DNA of 64,000 nucleotides from NCBI RefSeq assembly GCF_053078305.1, contig NZ_CP166879.1; one strand, 5' to 3'. Shown piece by piece: positions 63,180 to 64,000 of this stretch (position 1 is its first letter; each line of letters starts with the position of its first letter). The notes under the pieces were generated by a model. It saw only the letters and a program-made list of their open reading frames with translations, ran no database searches and was not told where the DNA came from. The position numbers and the translations under genes were made by a program.

Positions 63180-64000
63180 ATGAACAACACACTCCCCGAC
63201 GACATCGAGCAACTGAAGGCCCTGCTGATCGCACAGCAGGCGGTTATCGTCCGTCTGTCTGGTGAAATAACCGGCTATGCCCGCGAGATCAGCTCGCTCA
63301 GAGCGCTGGTCGCTAAACTGCAGAGAATGTTGTTCGGTCGCAGCAGCGAGAAAAGCCGCGAGAAGATAGAAAAGAAGATCGCACGGGCAGAAACGCGTAT
63401 AACCGAGCTCCAGAACAGGCTTGGTGAGGCGCAGTTGCAACTCACCTCAATGGCTGGAGAGACAGCGCCGAAAACATCAGACTCTCCCGTCCGCAAAGCA
63501 TTTCCGGCAACACTTCCCCGTGACAGGCAGGTTATCTCCCCGGCAGAAACCGAATGCCCCGTCTGCAGCGGCAAACTGAAACCGCTGGGAGAAAGCATCT
63601 CTGAACAACTGGATATCATCAACATCGCGTTCAGGGTAATCGAAACGGTTCGCCCAAAACTGGCCTGCAGCCGGTGCGACTGTATAGTTCAGGCTCCGCA
63701 GCCACCAAAACCCATCGAGCGCAGTTACGCCAGTCCGGCTCTGCTGGCCCGCATAATCATGGCGAAGTTCGCCGAGCATCTGCCGCTGTACCGTCAGTCG
63801 GAAATCTATGCCCGCCAGGGCGTGGAGCTGCACCGCAATACGATGGGGCGCTGGGTTGACATCATGGGAGAGCAGCTTCGCCCGCTGTATGATGAACTGA
63901 AGCACTATGTGCTGATGCCGGGTAAAGTGCATGCCGATGACACGCCGGTAAATGTACTGGAGCCGGGTCAGGGTAAAAACCGTACCGGACGGCTGTGGGT
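63180..64000 (+). CDS. IS66-family transposase TnpC, N-terminal part; 3' end outside window
   Basis: Open frame from ATG 63180 to the window end (MNNTLPDDIEQLKALLIAQQ...) with coiled-coil and CxxC...CxxC region; not in the ORF track because no stop is reached. Confidence 0.75.
   Translation, partial: MNNTLPDDIEQLKALLIAQQAVIVRLSGEITGYAREISSLRALVAKLQRMLFGRSSEKSREKIEKKIARAETRITELQNRLGEAQLQLTSMAGETAPKTSDSPVRKAFPATLPRDRQVISPAETECPVCSGKLKPLGESISEQLDIINIAFRVIETVRPKLACSRCDCIVQAPQPPKPIERSYASPALLARIIMAKFAEHLPLYRQSEIYARQGVELHRNTMGRWVDIMGEQLRPLYDELKHYVLMPGKVHADDTPVNVLEPGQGKNRTGRLW

Larger units (their letters stand above)
62336..64000 (+). mobile_element. IS66-family insertion sequence, truncated by the window end
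   Basis: Three consecutive ORFs typical of IS66 (TnpA, TnpB, TnpC); left end tentatively at the GTAAGCG near 62336. Confidence 0.75.

Overview
Enterobacterial (Escherichia coli-like) chromosome segment, annotated from sequence and recalled protein families only (no database search run). Left to right: (i) 1-6957, a poorly characterised lipid-type cluster: two LptF/LptG-family permeases, then on the opposite strand a fatty acyl-AMP ligase, an SDR reductase, an acyl carrier protein and a PLP-dependent alpha-oxoamine synthase, plus divergent yghO. (ii) 6964-16404, the glycolate locus glcC / glcDEFGB / glcA. (iii) 16889-33545, the SslE (YghJ) lipoprotein metalloprotease, a tandem REP/BIME block, and a complete type II secretion system (pppA, yghG pilotin, gspC to gspM). 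(iv) 33693-33714, a 22-bp remnant of the tRNA-Phe 3' end with its terminator, marking the edge of a mosaic genomic island that runs to the window end. The island carries CbtA/CbeA toxin-antitoxin, YeeT, RadC-like, antirestriction and DUF945-like genes, a YeeR-like membrane protein, Ag43 (flu) with its GATC triad, a YeeP-like GTPase, a decayed P4-like module (YfjI-like, AlpA, YfjJ-like), the deoQKPX deoxyribose module and a truncated IS66-family element. The most interesting candidates are the lipid cluster, which by gene content resembles the bacterial ceramide pathway, and three uncharacterised pieces of the island: an orphan gene with a ribbon-helix-helix-like N-terminus, an adjacent iteron-like repeat array, and a translationally coupled pair of paralogous Cys-rich proteins.
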